Source of the DNA: Nibricoccus sp.
Lineage (GTDB): Bacteria > Verrucomicrobiota > Verrucomicrobiia > Opitutales > Opitutaceae
Reading direction: 5' to 3'
NCBI GenBank assembly: GCA_047602425.1
Contig: JASGHG010000001.1
Location: forward strand, 288,001-352,000
Length of the DNA: 64,000 bases
The first letter of the stretch is position 1, and every line of letters starts with the position of its first letter. Below the pieces are notes generated by a model that saw only the letters and a list, made by a program, of their open reading frames with translations, was not told where the DNA came from and did no database searches. Shown here piece by piece: positions 30,160 through 40,154 of this stretch. The position numbers were made by a program, and so were the translations under genes.

Positions 30160-31956
30160 ATGCCGGCCCTGCGCGTACTTGTCGTTGACGATAATGACTT
30201 GGTTCTACGGACCCTCGCCGGCCTTTTCCGCCATCGCAACGATCAATGTGTCGCCGCTCCCAGCGCCCCGGAGGCGATCAAAGCGATCGAGACGCAACCG
30301 TTCGACGTTCTGCTCACCGACATGGCCATGCCCGAAATGGATGGCATCGAACTTATCCGCAGAGCTAAAATTATCCAACCCACCCTCGTCTGCATCCTCA
30401 TGTCCGGCGTGGGCACCCGGCGCGACATCATCGCGGCGCTGCAAACCGGCGTGTTCGACTTCATGGACAAGCCCATTCCGGATATCGCTTCGTTCAACAT
30501 GGTGATCGACCGTGCCGCCGAACGCAGCCGCCTGATCCGCGAACGCAATTCCCTCCTCGAAAATCTCAAGCAGCAGAATTCCCGGCTCGAATTCAGCCTG
30601 CAGCGGTTGCACGAGGCCTTCGGACAGTTGCGCCAACAGGAAGAGGAGCTCGAATCCGACCTTTCCCGCGCCCAACAGGTCCAGCGTCGTTTTCTGCCCG
30701 CCGCTTTTCCTTCCGTACCCGGCTGGGACTGCTTCGCCTATTTTGGACCTTGCGATCAGGTCGGTGGGGATTTCTTTGGAACCTTCACGTTGCCCGATGG
30801 ACAACTCGTCACGTACCTGCTCGACGTCGCCGGACATGGCGTTTCCGCCGCCATCGTCACCGTGACGCTGCGAGAACTCCTGCGCGCCCGCATGCGTCAG
30901 GGCGAAAATTCCAATCTTTTCAGCAATCCGGGTGCCGTTCTCGCCTTCATGAACAACGCCGTGATCGAGGAGGAATTCGAACCGCCTGTCCTCGTCACGA
31001 TGATCTACGCCGTATTCGATCCCGCCTCCGGACGCGTTTGCTACGCCGGAGCCGGCCATCCCGCGCCGATCTTGGCGGTGGCTGGTGGTAATGCACGTCT
31101 CGCCCCCGCGCCCGGTCCGGTTCTCGGGGCCAACCCCGGCGCAGCCTACGCCACCACGGAATTCACGCTGGAAAAAGACGACGCCCTGGTTTTGTACTCC
31201 GACGGCCTCACCGAAACCCGCGACGCCTCAGGCCAGGAATTTTCTCAAGGCCGGTTGCTCGAGCTTGTGCAAAATCAGTCTGCTGGCTCAGCCGCCAGCC
31301 TCGGGCAGGTCATTGAAACAGCCCGCGCCAAATTCCTCGAGAGCACCTCGCCGACCGATGACATGACTTTCATCGTCCTGCGCCGCATCGATCCCGCTAC
31401 CACCCAGCCACCCGTGGCCGCCAGCACTTCGATCAAATTTGTAATGCCCGCAAAACTACGCGCCGTCAGCACCGACTCCCGCGGGCGCATCAAGGCAGGT
31501 TGGAGCAACCAACATTGCATCGTTGTTTTCTCCGGCATTGCCACCTGGCAATTGGCCCCGACGTTGCGCGAAGTTATCCGCCAGGCCCGCGAAGGGCGCG
31601 CCGCCTCCGTCAAGATCGACCTCGCGGCGTGTGACAGCATGGACTCCACCATGCTCGGCCTCCTCCTTCAACTTTCGGCCGACATCCAACTCCACCAACC
31701 CGGCACACGCGTTTCCCAACAATTGCAAGAACTCGGCGTCGCTGCGCGTTTCACGATCAGCCACGAAATTTGCCCGCGCCCTGAACACCCCATGGAACTC
31801 GCCCGCGTCCAATCGCGCGAAGCCGCCTCGGAAATCATCCTCTCCGCCCACGAAGCCCTGATGGAAGCCTCCGTCGACAACCGCATGCGCTTCCAAGACG
31901 TCGTCGGCTCGATGCGGAAGGAACAAATTTCCACACCTAAACCGCCGATCAGTTGA
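30160..31956 (+). CDS. REC + PP2C/SpoIIE phosphatase + STAS-like fusion
   Basis: N-terminal REC, VGGDFF, DVAGHG, YSDGLTE, DDMT; C-terminal IDLAACDSMDSTMLGLL. Confidence 0.88.
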   Translation: MPALRVLVVDDNDLVLRTLAGLFRHRNDQCVAAPSAPEAIKAIETQPFDVLLTDMAMPEMDGIELIRRAKIIQPTLVCILMSGVGTRRDIIAALQTGVFDFMDKPIPDIASFNMVIDRAAERSRLIRERNSLLENLKQQNSRLEFSLQRLHEAFGQLRQQEEELESDLSRAQQVQRRFLPAAFPSVPGWDCFAYFGPCDQVGGDFFGTFTLPDGQLVTYLLDVAGHGVSAAIVTVTLRELLRARMRQGENSNLFSNPGAVLAFMNNAVIEEEFEPPVLVTMIYAVFDPASGRVCYAGAGHPAPILAVAGGNARLAPAPGPVLGANPGAAYATTEFTLEKDDALVLYSDGLTETRDASGQEFSQGRLLELVQNQSAGSAASLGQVIETARAKFLESTSPTDDMTFIVLRRIDPATTQPPVAASTSIKFVMPAKLRAVSTDSRGRIKAGWSNQHCIVVFSGIATWQLAPTLREVIRQAREGRAASVKIDLAACDSMDSTMLGLLLQLSADIQLHQPGTRVSQQLQELGVAARFTISHEICPRPEHPMELARVQSREAASEIILSAHEALMEASVDNRMRFQDVVGSMRKEQISTPKPPIS

Positions 31957-31969
31957 AGACTCAACGGAT

Positions 31970-32452
31970 ATGCTGAACCAGACTTTACTTTTATTTGCTG
32001 CCCTTCTGCTCCCAGGATGTGTTTCTCGACCACCAGTCGATCTTAGGCCGCTTGTCGTTTATCAGACAGCGGAGGAATGGGGCAATGCCATCTGCGTTTC
32101 TCAATGTTACCAATTCGACTTACAAAACCTCGATCACCTCTTTGGCCAAACCCCGTCAGAAATTTTCCAAATTTCCAAAATCCTCGTTTGGTATCCTAAG
32201 GACAATCTTGTCCCGCCAACTGTTGAACAAGCGCTATCTGCGGTTAACGACTATGTTCTAGTGTCAGTAAAATCGGGCTCCTCTAAAGAGCCCGGCGCTC
32301 CCCTCACATGGATCGAAGTGTTTGGGCCAGAATATGGGAAAGGAAAGAGCTTGGTGATCTACTTTAGAAACGGCATTCCTGTTTCGGCTGATTTGAAAAA
32401 AGGCTGGACGATAATCGGCTACTTTAAGCTAAAACGAAAAAGCCAAAACTGA
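31970..32452 (+). CDS. Hypothetical lipoprotein
   Basis: LLLPGC lipobox; more AT-rich than neighbours. Confidence 0.65.
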   Translation: MLNQTLLLFAALLLPGCVSRPPVDLRPLVVYQTAEEWGNAICVSQCYQFDLQNLDHLFGQTPSEIFQISKILVWYPKDNLVPPTVEQALSAVNDYVLVSVKSGSSKEPGAPLTWIEVFGPEYGKGKSLVIYFRNGIPVSADLKKGWTIIGYFKLKRKSQN

Positions 32453-32462
32453 ACCAGCTTCC

Positions 32463-33407
32463 TCACGCCCGCGGGTGAGCCTTGTTATAAACTTCCTTCA
32501 AGCGCGCCACGCTGACGTGCGTGTAGACCTGGGTAGTGTTTAGGCTGGCGTGGCCGAGGAGCTCTTGCACGAGGCGCAGATCGGCGCCGGCGTTCAGCAA
32601 ATGCGTCGCATAGCTGTGGCGGATCTTGTGCGGCGTTAGGTCGAGCGGCAGGTCGGCCAGCGCGAGGTAACGTTTCAACATCAGCTGCACTTGGCGCACG
32701 GGCATGCGCCGGTGGTTCGGCATCACCAGCACAGGCGAAGTCGGTGCAGTGTTTCGTGCGAATTCGTTTTTGAATTTCTTCAGCACCGCCAGCGCCACTG
32801 CGCCGAGCGGACAGAGGCGCTCCTTATTTCCCTTGCCGAGCACACGCGCGACGCCGCTCTCGAACTCGACCGAACCATAATTCAGGGCCACAAGTTCGCT
32901 CACGCGCAGGCCGCCTCCGTAGAGCAGCTCCATCGCCAGGCGGTCGCGCCAGGCGGTGAAAGCATCGATGCTTTCGTTTTCCAGCAGCCGCGTCGGGCCG
33001 GCCAGCAGCAGCTTCATTTGGTCTTCGGTGAGAAATTTCGGCAAACGTTTCTCCAGTTTCGGGAGCGGTACGCCGACGAAGGGATTTCGCTTCACGCGAC
33101 CGTGCTTGAGCCAGTATTTGAAGAACGCACGCAAGCCCGAGGCATGCAAATGCAGCGTCCGCCGGTCGAAACGGCGTTGTCCTTCAATCACAAAATCGCG
33201 GAGGTCGCGCGGCGTGAGCGCGTCGAGTCCGTGATCCCAGAGTCCGCTTTCCTGCAGCCAGACATAGAAATCAGTAAAGGCATGCCGGTAGTTGCGCAAC
33301 GTATACACCGAATACCGCCGCTCCTTCTCTATGTAGGTGAGAAATGGTTCGAGCCAATCGCGCGCGACGGACTCGGGAAGTGCAGCGGTTTTGTTCGCGT
33401 CATTCAC
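32463..33407 (-). CDS. xerC: Tyrosine recombinase XerC/XerD-type
   Basis: GLRVSEL, HKIRHSYATH, LLGHASLNTTQVY. Confidence 0.85.
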   Translation of the reverse strand: MNDANKTAALPESVARDWLEPFLTYIEKERRYSVYTLRNYRHAFTDFYVWLQESGLWDHGLDALTPRDLRDFVIEGQRRFDRRTLHLHASGLRAFFKYWLKHGRVKRNPFVGVPLPKLEKRLPKFLTEDQMKLLLAGPTRLLENESIDAFTAWRDRLAMELLYGGGLRVSELVALNYGSVEFESGVARVLGKGNKERLCPLGAVALAVLKKFKNEFARNTAPTSPVLVMPNHRRMPVRQVQLMLKRYLALADLPLDLTPHKIRHSYATHLLNAGADLRLVQELLGHASLNTTQVYTHVSVARLKEVYNKAHPRA

Positions 33408-33416
33408 GGATTCCGA

Positions 33417-33477
33417 GGTAGGGACGGACCGCCGGGCGTCCGAGAAACCACGGCGCTCCCTGCGGTCGCGCCCTACC
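33417..33477. repeat. GTAG REP-like palindrome
   Basis: GGTAGGG...CCCTACC. Confidence 0.55.
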
Positions 33478-33536
33478 TTTTAACGCTGCATACGAATCAT
33501 CCGTGTTCATCCGAAGTTAAAAAAAGTCCGGTTTTC

Positions 33537-34208
33537 CTAACCTTTTACCTCCGCCACACGCTGCTCCACTTCGCGCATAAGCTTCGTCGTGTGCAAACGC
33601 AGCGCACCTTCGGGATCGAGGCCTTTCGCGCGGCAGGCGGCGGTGAGTTCGAATAACATTTTTCCGATCGTCGCTTCGTCGAGTTGCGCGCCGAGGGCTT
33701 TCACCTGTGCGACATCGACAAGGCCGTCGACGGGCAATTTTTTCTTTTCGATCTGTTTCCAAATCGCCTCGGCAAACATGATCGATGGCAGGCGCGGCGG
33801 CTGATCCTTGAAAACTTTTTCGGCGGCCTGGCCATTCGCGCCTTTTTCTAACGCTTTGATTTTTTCCCACTGGGTGATGACCTGGTCGGATGTATCCAGT
33901 TTTCCATCACCGAAAACGTGCGGATGACGGCGGATGAGTTTCTCGTTCACCTCGCGGGCCACGTCCTCAAGATCGAACTTTCCCGCTTCCTCGGCCAGCT
34001 GGGCGTGAAAGATGACTTGGATGAGCACGTCGCCGAGTTCCTCGCGCATGTGCGGCAGGTCCAGGCGGTCGATCGTGTCGATCAATTCGCTACACTCGTC
34101 GATCAGACAACGCACGAGAGAGGCGTGCGTTTGTTCCTGATCCCAAGGGCAGCCACCGGGGCCACGGAGCCGGGCAATCGTCTTTCGCAGGTCGTCCATT
34201 GCACTCAT
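33537..34208 (-). CDS. mazG: MazG-family nucleotide pyrophosphohydrolase
   Basis: LRGPGGCPWDQEQT, EELGDVL, KLIRRHPHVF. Confidence 0.9.
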   Translation of the reverse strand: MSAMDDLRKTIARLRGPGGCPWDQEQTHASLVRCLIDECSELIDTIDRLDLPHMREELGDVLIQVIFHAQLAEEAGKFDLEDVAREVNEKLIRRHPHVFGDGKLDTSDQVITQWEKIKALEKGANGQAAEKVFKDQPPRLPSIMFAEAIWKQIEKKKLPVDGLVDVAQVKALGAQLDEATIGKMLFELTAACRAKGLDPEGALRLHTTKLMREVEQRVAEVKG

Positions 34209-34293
34209 GAGCCTCAAATTGCCGCGCCTGCCGCGGGTGTACATCGAATTTTTCGGCTTTGTCTTCCGCCGCTTCCCGTGTTCGCTGGTGGCG

Positions 34294-35091
34294 ATGTCCG
34301 ACAAACTCACCGAGATCATGGCCTGGAAACGGCAGGAAATCGCGCCGCGCCTGTGCCCCGTTTCCGAAAGCGACCTGTCCGCCCTCAACGCTTCCCTGCC
34401 GCGTCCGCCGTCCTTCGCCGCCGCTTTGCGCCGCGCCGACGGCAAGCTCGGGGTAATCGCCGAGATCAAACGCCGCTCGCCGTCCGCCGGCGCAATTCGC
34501 GAGGGCATTTCCGCCACCGAACAGGCCCTCCGCTATCAAGCCGCCGGTGCCAGCGCTCTCTCGGTGTTGACCGACGAAAAATATTTCGGCGGCACGCTCG
34601 ACGATCTTCGCGCCGTCACCGCTCAATTTCGCGACAAACCGCCCGCCCTGCCCTGCATCCGCAAAGATTTCATGGTGCATCCGCTGCAAATCGCCGAAGC
34701 GCGTGAGGCCGGCGCCAGCGCGATCCTCATCATCGTCCGCGCGCTGACCGACGACGAAATTAAAATCCTTTTCTCGTCTGCACAAGCCGCAGGACTCGAC
34801 AGCCTCTTCGAAATTCACAACGAGGCGGAACTCGATCGCGCGCTCAAACACGGCGCGAAAATCATCGGCGTCAACAACCGCGATCTCGCCATTTTCAAGA
34901 CCGACCTTTCCCTCAGCGAACGCCTGATTCCGAAATTCCCGCGCGCCATCACTGCGGTGAGCGAGAGCGGAATCTTCACTGGAGCCGACGCCGCCCGTGT
35001 GCGTCAAGCCGGAGCCCACGCCGTGCTCTGCGGCGAAGCCCTCATGAAAGCCCCGTCGCCCGCCGACTTGATCGCAGAGTTTCGGAAATGA
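34294..35091 (+). CDS. trpC: Indole-3-glycerol phosphate synthase
   Basis: IAEIKRRSPS, SVLTD, RKDF, GVNNRDL, SESGI. Confidence 0.96.
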   Translation: MSDKLTEIMAWKRQEIAPRLCPVSESDLSALNASLPRPPSFAAALRRADGKLGVIAEIKRRSPSAGAIREGISATEQALRYQAAGASALSVLTDEKYFGGTLDDLRAVTAQFRDKPPALPCIRKDFMVHPLQIAEAREAGASAILIIVRALTDDEIKILFSSAQAAGLDSLFEIHNEAELDRALKHGAKIIGVNNRDLAIFKTDLSLSERLIPKFPRAITAVSESGIFTGADAARVRQAGAHAVLCGEALMKAPSPADLIAEFRK

Positions 35092-35247
35092 GCCAGGACA
35101 TCCAGTCCGCAAACTTCGGCCCTCCGACCTCCGCCATTGTAGTCGTCGCGCCCAAGGGGCACCCGCTCCTCCAACCCTCCGCTTCGCTCCAGGCGAGCCG
35201 CTTAACGCAAACCGCGCGGCTCACCATCTCCGCACTTGCGTGCTCCG

Positions 35248-35300
35248 TCCGATCTCCGATCTCCGACCTCTGGCTTCCGGCCTCCGGCCTCCGGCTTCTC
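35248..35300 (+). repeat. Heptamer tandem repeat (TCCGATC/TCCGGCC)
   Basis: About seven degenerate 7-bp units. Confidence 0.6.
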
Positions 35301-35311
35301 GCCTCCTCTCC

Positions 35312-36139
35312 ATGCCTCTAACGCCCACCGCCACCCGGGAACTCCTAACCAGGCTCGGTCACCAACCGAAACGGTTTCTCGGGCAGAATTTTCTCGTCGA
35401 CGGCAATATCGTGCGCAAATCGCTCGAACTCGCCGAGGTCGTCGCCACCGACACCGTGGTCGAGGTCGGTCCCGGTCTCGGCACGCTCACGTCGGCCCTG
35501 CTCCAGAGCGGCGCCGAAGTTTTCGCCGTCGAAAAAGATCGCACGCTCCACGAACACCTCTCCGGCACGCTCGCCGTGGAGTTTCCCAAAACGTTTCACC
35601 TGCTCGAAGGCGACGCCGTAGAATTTCCCCGCGCCGGTTTGCCCTCAGACGATACCCGTCCCTTCAAAGTCGTGGCCAACCTCCCCTACGCCATCTCCAC
35701 GCCGTGGATGGACGAAGTATTGAGTGGGCCGTTGCCAACGCGCCTCGTGCTCATGTTGCAACAGGAGGCTGCCCAACGTTACGCCGCCACGCATGGCACC
35801 AAATCGTTCGGCGCCATCTCGATTTTTCTACAGGCCGCCTACGATCTTGCCCCGGGCCACAAGGTTCCGGCCGCGTGTTTTCACCCCCGTCCCGACGTCG
35901 AGTCCTACCTCCTGCATCTCGTACGCAAGCCTGAGCCCTTCGTTTTTTCGACCGCGACGAAGCAGCTCATCCGCAGTTGCTTTCAACAGCGCCGCAAGCA
36001 AATCGCTGCCCTGCTCCGCGAGCGCCTCCCCGATCAAGGCAAGGCTTGGATCGCCCAACTCACCGCTGCCGGCCTCGGCCCGCAAGCCCGCCCCGAAGAA
36101 ATCCCGGTTGCCCTCTGGCTGAAACTTTCCGCTGCTTGA
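35312..36139 (+). CDS. rsmA: 16S rRNA dimethyladenosine transferase
   Basis: GQNFL, EVGPGLG, ANLPY, PRPDVES. Confidence 0.94.
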   Translation: MPLTPTATRELLTRLGHQPKRFLGQNFLVDGNIVRKSLELAEVVATDTVVEVGPGLGTLTSALLQSGAEVFAVEKDRTLHEHLSGTLAVEFPKTFHLLEGDAVEFPRAGLPSDDTRPFKVVANLPYAISTPWMDEVLSGPLPTRLVLMLQQEAAQRYAATHGTKSFGAISIFLQAAYDLAPGHKVPAACFHPRPDVESYLLHLVRKPEPFVFSTATKQLIRSCFQQRRKQIAALLRERLPDQGKAWIAQLTAAGLGPQARPEEIPVALWLKLSAA

Positions 36140-36164
36140 AACACCGGCAAAGTTTTGCAGTCAC

Positions 36165-36923
36165 ATGAATCCAGCCATGTTTTTCAGAGGTCAACTTTTC
36201 GCCACCCTCGCCTTCGCGCTTTGCCTCGCGATCTCCTCGGTCGCGCAAACCTCCGTCGGCCCGTTGAATGGTCGCATCGAAAAAAACCAATATATATCAC
36301 CAACCGGCGCCTTCCAGATCAATATCCCGGTCATCGCTGCGCTCGGCGGTTCGGTCACCGATACGGAGAATGTCGTTATCTTCCAGGATCGCCTCAACAC
36401 GCACCAAAGTCTCGCGTGCTTCAAGCAGGACTCCACCCAGCGCTTCGAGGAGGAATCGCGCGGTCGCAAGGAGTACCTCATTTGGTTTCTCGCCAACTTC
36501 GTGCAAGCCGACTTCGAGCAGCGCTTCCACGGCGCCCGCGTCGAATCCGCCCACTTTATTCCCGATCTCCAAGGCGGCGCCCTGCTCGTTTACAATCTGC
36601 TTCCCGGCGGCTCGATGTTCGCCAACCGGGCCCTCATCGTGAGACGCGACCAGCCGCCCGTCGCCAAGCGCGGCAATCTTCTCTTCGTCAACCACGGCCA
36701 CATCTACGTTCTCAGTATTGAGCTCGCTGAAAAGGTCATCCAAGGCTCCGCATATACGCTAACGACCGAGGAGGAGGACGCCCAATTGCGCAAGCGGCTC
36801 ACGGACTTCCTCGCCAAAATCACTTTCAACCCGCTTCCCACTGCCGACGGAGCTACGCCGGGCACGGCAGCCACCCCCGAGAAATCTGCCATAACACCCG
36901 CTACCGACAAACCGTCCCGTTGA
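36165..36923 (+). CDS. Secreted hypothetical protein
   Basis: Signal peptide, host-like codon usage. Confidence 0.75.
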   Translation: MNPAMFFRGQLFATLAFALCLAISSVAQTSVGPLNGRIEKNQYISPTGAFQINIPVIAALGGSVTDTENVVIFQDRLNTHQSLACFKQDSTQRFEEESRGRKEYLIWFLANFVQADFEQRFHGARVESAHFIPDLQGGALLVYNLLPGGSMFANRALIVRRDQPPVAKRGNLLFVNHGHIYVLSIELAEKVIQGSAYTLTTEEEDAQLRKRLTDFLAKITFNPLPTADGATPGTAATPEKSAITPATDKPSR

Positions 36924-36983
36924 ACGGCTGCAGGCCGAGAGTTTTCCCTCGCCGAAACCATGCCTGACGCTTACCTAGTCGGC

Positions 36984-37241
36984 ATGAACCTCAACACAGC
37001 GCTTGTGATTCTGATCGTTGGCGCGCTCGCCGGCGTTCTCAGCGGACTTATCGCCAAGGCCAGAGGCAAAGGCTTCAACCTCATTGTCCACATCATCGTT
37101 GGCATCATCGGAGCTTTTCATGGCCGCCTCATTTTCGCTCTGCTCGACATCCGCGCCTCGGGCAACGTCGGCCACATCGTCTTCGCCGGCATCGGTGCGA
37201 TTCTCTTTCTCTATCCCCTGCGCTTCATCAAACCCGCCTAA
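36984..37241 (+). CDS. GlsB/YeaQ/YmgE-family small membrane protein
   Basis: IVGALAG...IIVGIIGAF pattern. Confidence 0.8.
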   Translation: MNLNTALVILIVGALAGVLSGLIAKARGKGFNLIVHIIVGIIGAFHGRLIFALLDIRASGNVGHIVFAGIGAILFLYPLRFIKPA

Positions 37242-37370
37242 GGAAAATCCCTACTCGTTTTACAGGAACAAACAGAGAGAACAGAGTAGCCAGCAATACC
37301 CCGCCTCCGTTCCCTCTGTTGCCTTCTGTTCAAACAAATCCTCTTCTGTCTCCGTGCCAACTCGCCACCT

Positions 37371-38102
37371 GTGGGAAAAAAATCGACATACCCCCGTTTT
37401 GCCCCGCTACTGCTGATTGCCCTGACGCTCGTCCTCAGCGGCTGCGTGTACTTACGGCTGCTCGATCTGAAAAAGCAGTTCGCCCGCTTCGACGAGAATT
37501 TTGTACTTCTCCCCGGGGATGATTTCGAACTGCGCTTTCTAAAACCCGTCCTCACCGCCAGCGATGTTCGCTGGCTTGGCGCCGAACCCAAAACCGTCCG
37601 GCCTTGGAAAGACGGCGAGGAATGGTCCATTCGCTGGGTGAAAACTCCGCCGCCGGGCCTGCGCGAAGAATCGGTTTACGACATGGAGTTTATCGCCCGC
37701 CTCGCCGACGATCGCCTCGTCGAAGCCGCGATCCCAAAACGCTACTTCGCGTATTTCCCGAAGGAACTTTTTATCAATCTCCTTCGTTCCACCGGCGCGG
37801 CCAAGGTCGACAAAACCGATCGTCAGGCCGAAACCCAAACCGAGACTCCGCCCGAAACGCCCCTGCCCAATCTGAAATCCATCGGCGGCATGCTCGGCGC
37901 CCCCACGCAAAAAACCACCAACAAGTCCGGTCAGCTCGTGTACCTTTACCTCTATCGACTGGATTTGCCCAAGCCAGATTCAAAACCCGTCGAAATGACT
38001 TTTCTCTTCGACCCCGCCAGCGGCGACCTCCGCAAACTCACCGCCAAACTCCCCCACGGCACGTTGAAATACGATTTCTCGAAGTCACCTTCTAAAAAAT
38101 AG
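37371..38102 (+). CDS. Hypothetical lipoprotein
   Basis: LVLSGC lipobox. Confidence 0.75.
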   Translation: MGKKSTYPRFAPLLLIALTLVLSGCVYLRLLDLKKQFARFDENFVLLPGDDFELRFLKPVLTASDVRWLGAEPKTVRPWKDGEEWSIRWVKTPPPGLREESVYDMEFIARLADDRLVEAAIPKRYFAYFPKELFINLLRSTGAAKVDKTDRQAETQTETPPETPLPNLKSIGGMLGAPTQKTTNKSGQLVYLYLYRLDLPKPDSKPVEMTFLFDPASGDLRKLTAKLPHGTLKYDFSKSPSKK

Positions 38103-38119
38103 CTCCATAGGCCTCATCT

Positions 38120-38554
38120 TCATTGGCCGGTACGTCGGTAAACCGTTTCGACGATTACGTTTTTGATCCCGGCTTTGCGAACTTCGTCGAGCACCGCAAC
38201 GGTCTGACCGTATTTTGCGCGCTCGTCACCCGCGAGGAGAACGGTCGGAGTTTTACATCCCGTCACATATTTCGCTAAGGCAACTGGTAATTCGCGCTCG
38301 GTGATCAGCGCCTTATCCCAATAGATTCCCGCATCGGTGATTTGCAGCACTACGGCACGGTGTTCATTCTGTCCATGGATGCAGAAACACCCTGGCCATT
38401 CGAGTGGGATGACTGTCTTCTTTTCCAAGCCCAAAGAGAACATCGCGAAAACGGCGAAGAGAAAAAATAGAATTGCGACCAGCGACATGAGCTGAATTTT
38501 CGCGCGCTGTTGCGGAATGGTCAGCAGCCGGGAACGAGGATCCTTGAAAGCCAT
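38120..38554 (-). CDS. ExbD/TolR-family protein
   Basis: Single TM, VLLAGDERAKYGQTVAVLDEVRKAG. Confidence 0.85.
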   Translation of the reverse strand: MAFKDPRSRLLTIPQQRAKIQLMSLVAILFFLFAVFAMFSLGLEKKTVIPLEWPGCFCIHGQNEHRAVVLQITDAGIYWDKALITERELPVALAKYVTGCKTPTVLLAGDERAKYGQTVAVLDEVRKAGIKNVIVETVYRRTGQ

Positions 38555-38704
38555 GTTCGTTTAGGGATATGGATATGTTTTGGAGAATTAACGTAACAAC
38601 GCGACATTTATTAACGCATCCAAGGCTGCGACTTTGCGTGTATCTCTAGAGCATTTTTAAAAATGTCATAGCCGCACAACTCCGGCTGTAGGGGCGCAGT
38701 CTTG

Positions 38705-40018
38705 TGTTTTGTACCGGGTTGTGGGTAACACATGTACCGCTAGTGAGGTAACACTTTTCAACTCATGGAAGAAGGGCCATGGCCCTTCTTCCATGAGTTG
38801 GGACAACAAAAATACAATCGCGCGACGGCACGAGTTTGTGACGTTCGCGCTTGCGGGCTCGATCAGTATGGTGGCCTTGTGTGAGCGTTTTGGCGTCAGT
38901 CGCAAAACCGGTTACAAGTGGTTGAGGCGTTTCCATGCACAAGGGCCCGCTGGCCTGGAAGACCGGCAGCGTGCACGCGTACGTCGCAGCAACCAGACCT
39001 CATGTTCGGTGGAGACGCGTGTGGTGAAGCTGCGCACGAAGCATCCTACCTGGGGAGCGCGCAAACTACATCGCAGGCTCTGCGATCTGGGCCACACTTG
39101 CATGCCGGCGGTGAGTACCTTCGCACGCATTCTTCGCCGGCGTGGGTGCATTCACCCGCGCCACAGTGCCGCACACCAGCCGATGCAGTGTTTTGCCAGA
39201 GCCGAGCCCAATCAACTCTGGCAAATGGACTTCAAGGGCCACTTTGCCATGCAGCGCGGTGGCCGCTGCCATCCGCTCACGGTGCTCGACGACCACTCCC
39301 GCTTTTCCGTTGGGCTTGAAGCGTGTGCCAACGAGCAGACGGTGTGCGTGCGTGAGCGCTTGGAGCGCATCTTCACCTGCTACGGCCTGCCCGAACAGAT
39401 CCTTTGCGACAACGGCCCTCCTTGGGGCGGAACAGGGCCGGAGTTCACCCAGCTCAGCGTCTGGTTGCTGCGCCTGGGCGTGGAGGTCATCCACGGCAGG
39501 CCGTTTCATCCTCAGACCCAGGGCAAAGACGAACGTTTCCACCGCACCCTCAAGGCCGATCTTCTGGACCGCCTCGACTGGCGCGACCTCGCCCAGGCAC
39601 AGCGACGCTTCGATGCGTACCGCCATCTCTACAATTATGACCGTCCACATGAAGCGCTTGATCTGGCCGTGCCAGCCTCCCGCTATCGCCCCAGTTCCCG
39701 CCGAATGCCAGCCAGGCTTCCCATCGCGCAGTATGAAGCCTCGGAGCTGGTCCACCTGGTGAAATCCAAGGGCGAGATCACCTTCCAAAACCGTTTCTTC
39801 TTCATCGGCCAGGCTTTCATCGGACTGCCTGTGGCGCTGCGACCCTGCGCAGCCCACGGCGTTTATCGGGTCTGCTACGCCGCATTTACTCTCGGCCTTA
39901 TCGATCTATCAAAACCAACCAATCTTCCCAAAGGCTGCTACCATCCCCTGCTTCGGCCTACTCATACACTGTAACCCCATTAGCGGTTCATCTGTTACCC
40001 TTGACCCGAGTCTATACA
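38705..40018 (+). mobile_element. IS481-family element
   Basis: TGT...ACA ends, about 50-bp imperfect IRs (CGGGT..GGGTAACA.ATG.ACCGCTA). Confidence 0.88.
38793..39974 (+). CDS. IS481-family DDE transposase
   Basis: FGVSRKTGYKW HTH, WQMDFKG, CDNGPPW, QGKDERFH. Confidence 0.92.
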   Translation: MSWDNKNTIARRHEFVTFALAGSISMVALCERFGVSRKTGYKWLRRFHAQGPAGLEDRQRARVRRSNQTSCSVETRVVKLRTKHPTWGARKLHRRLCDLGHTCMPAVSTFARILRRRGCIHPRHSAAHQPMQCFARAEPNQLWQMDFKGHFAMQRGGRCHPLTVLDDHSRFSVGLEACANEQTVCVRERLERIFTCYGLPEQILCDNGPPWGGTGPEFTQLSVWLLRLGVEVIHGRPFHPQTQGKDERFHRTLKADLLDRLDWRDLAQAQRRFDAYRHLYNYDRPHEALDLAVPASRYRPSSRRMPARLPIAQYEASELVHLVKSKGEITFQNRFFFIGQAFIGLPVALRPCAAHGVYRVCYAAFTLGLIDLSKPTNLPKGCYHPLLRPTHTL

Positions 40019-40097
40019 CAAGCCTGCGCCCCTACGAAGACAGCTCGGTTTGTAACACCGATTTACAGCTACAGTTTGTGTGTGTGTGCTCTAGAAC

Positions 40098-40126
40098 AAA
40101 AAACCGCGGAAAGATCTCCGCGGTTT
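40098..40126 (-). terminator. Terminator after GH28 gene
   Basis: AAACCGCGGA-loop-TCCGCGGTTT with T-run on minus strand. Confidence 0.75.
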
Positions 40127-40154
40127 CATTCTGTCGCGCATTCGCGGCTAAAAC

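Larger units (their letters stand above)
38646..40094 (-). repeat. Second MITE/REP copy split by IS481
   Basis: 38646-38704 and 40019-40094 are reverse-complement matches to 29727-29857. Confidence 0.8.

Noticed and set aside
32463..33407. Tyrosine recombinase as the missing integron integrase
   Set aside because: Xer-like length and motifs, no visible IntI-specific insertion, housekeeping context about 17 kb from attI
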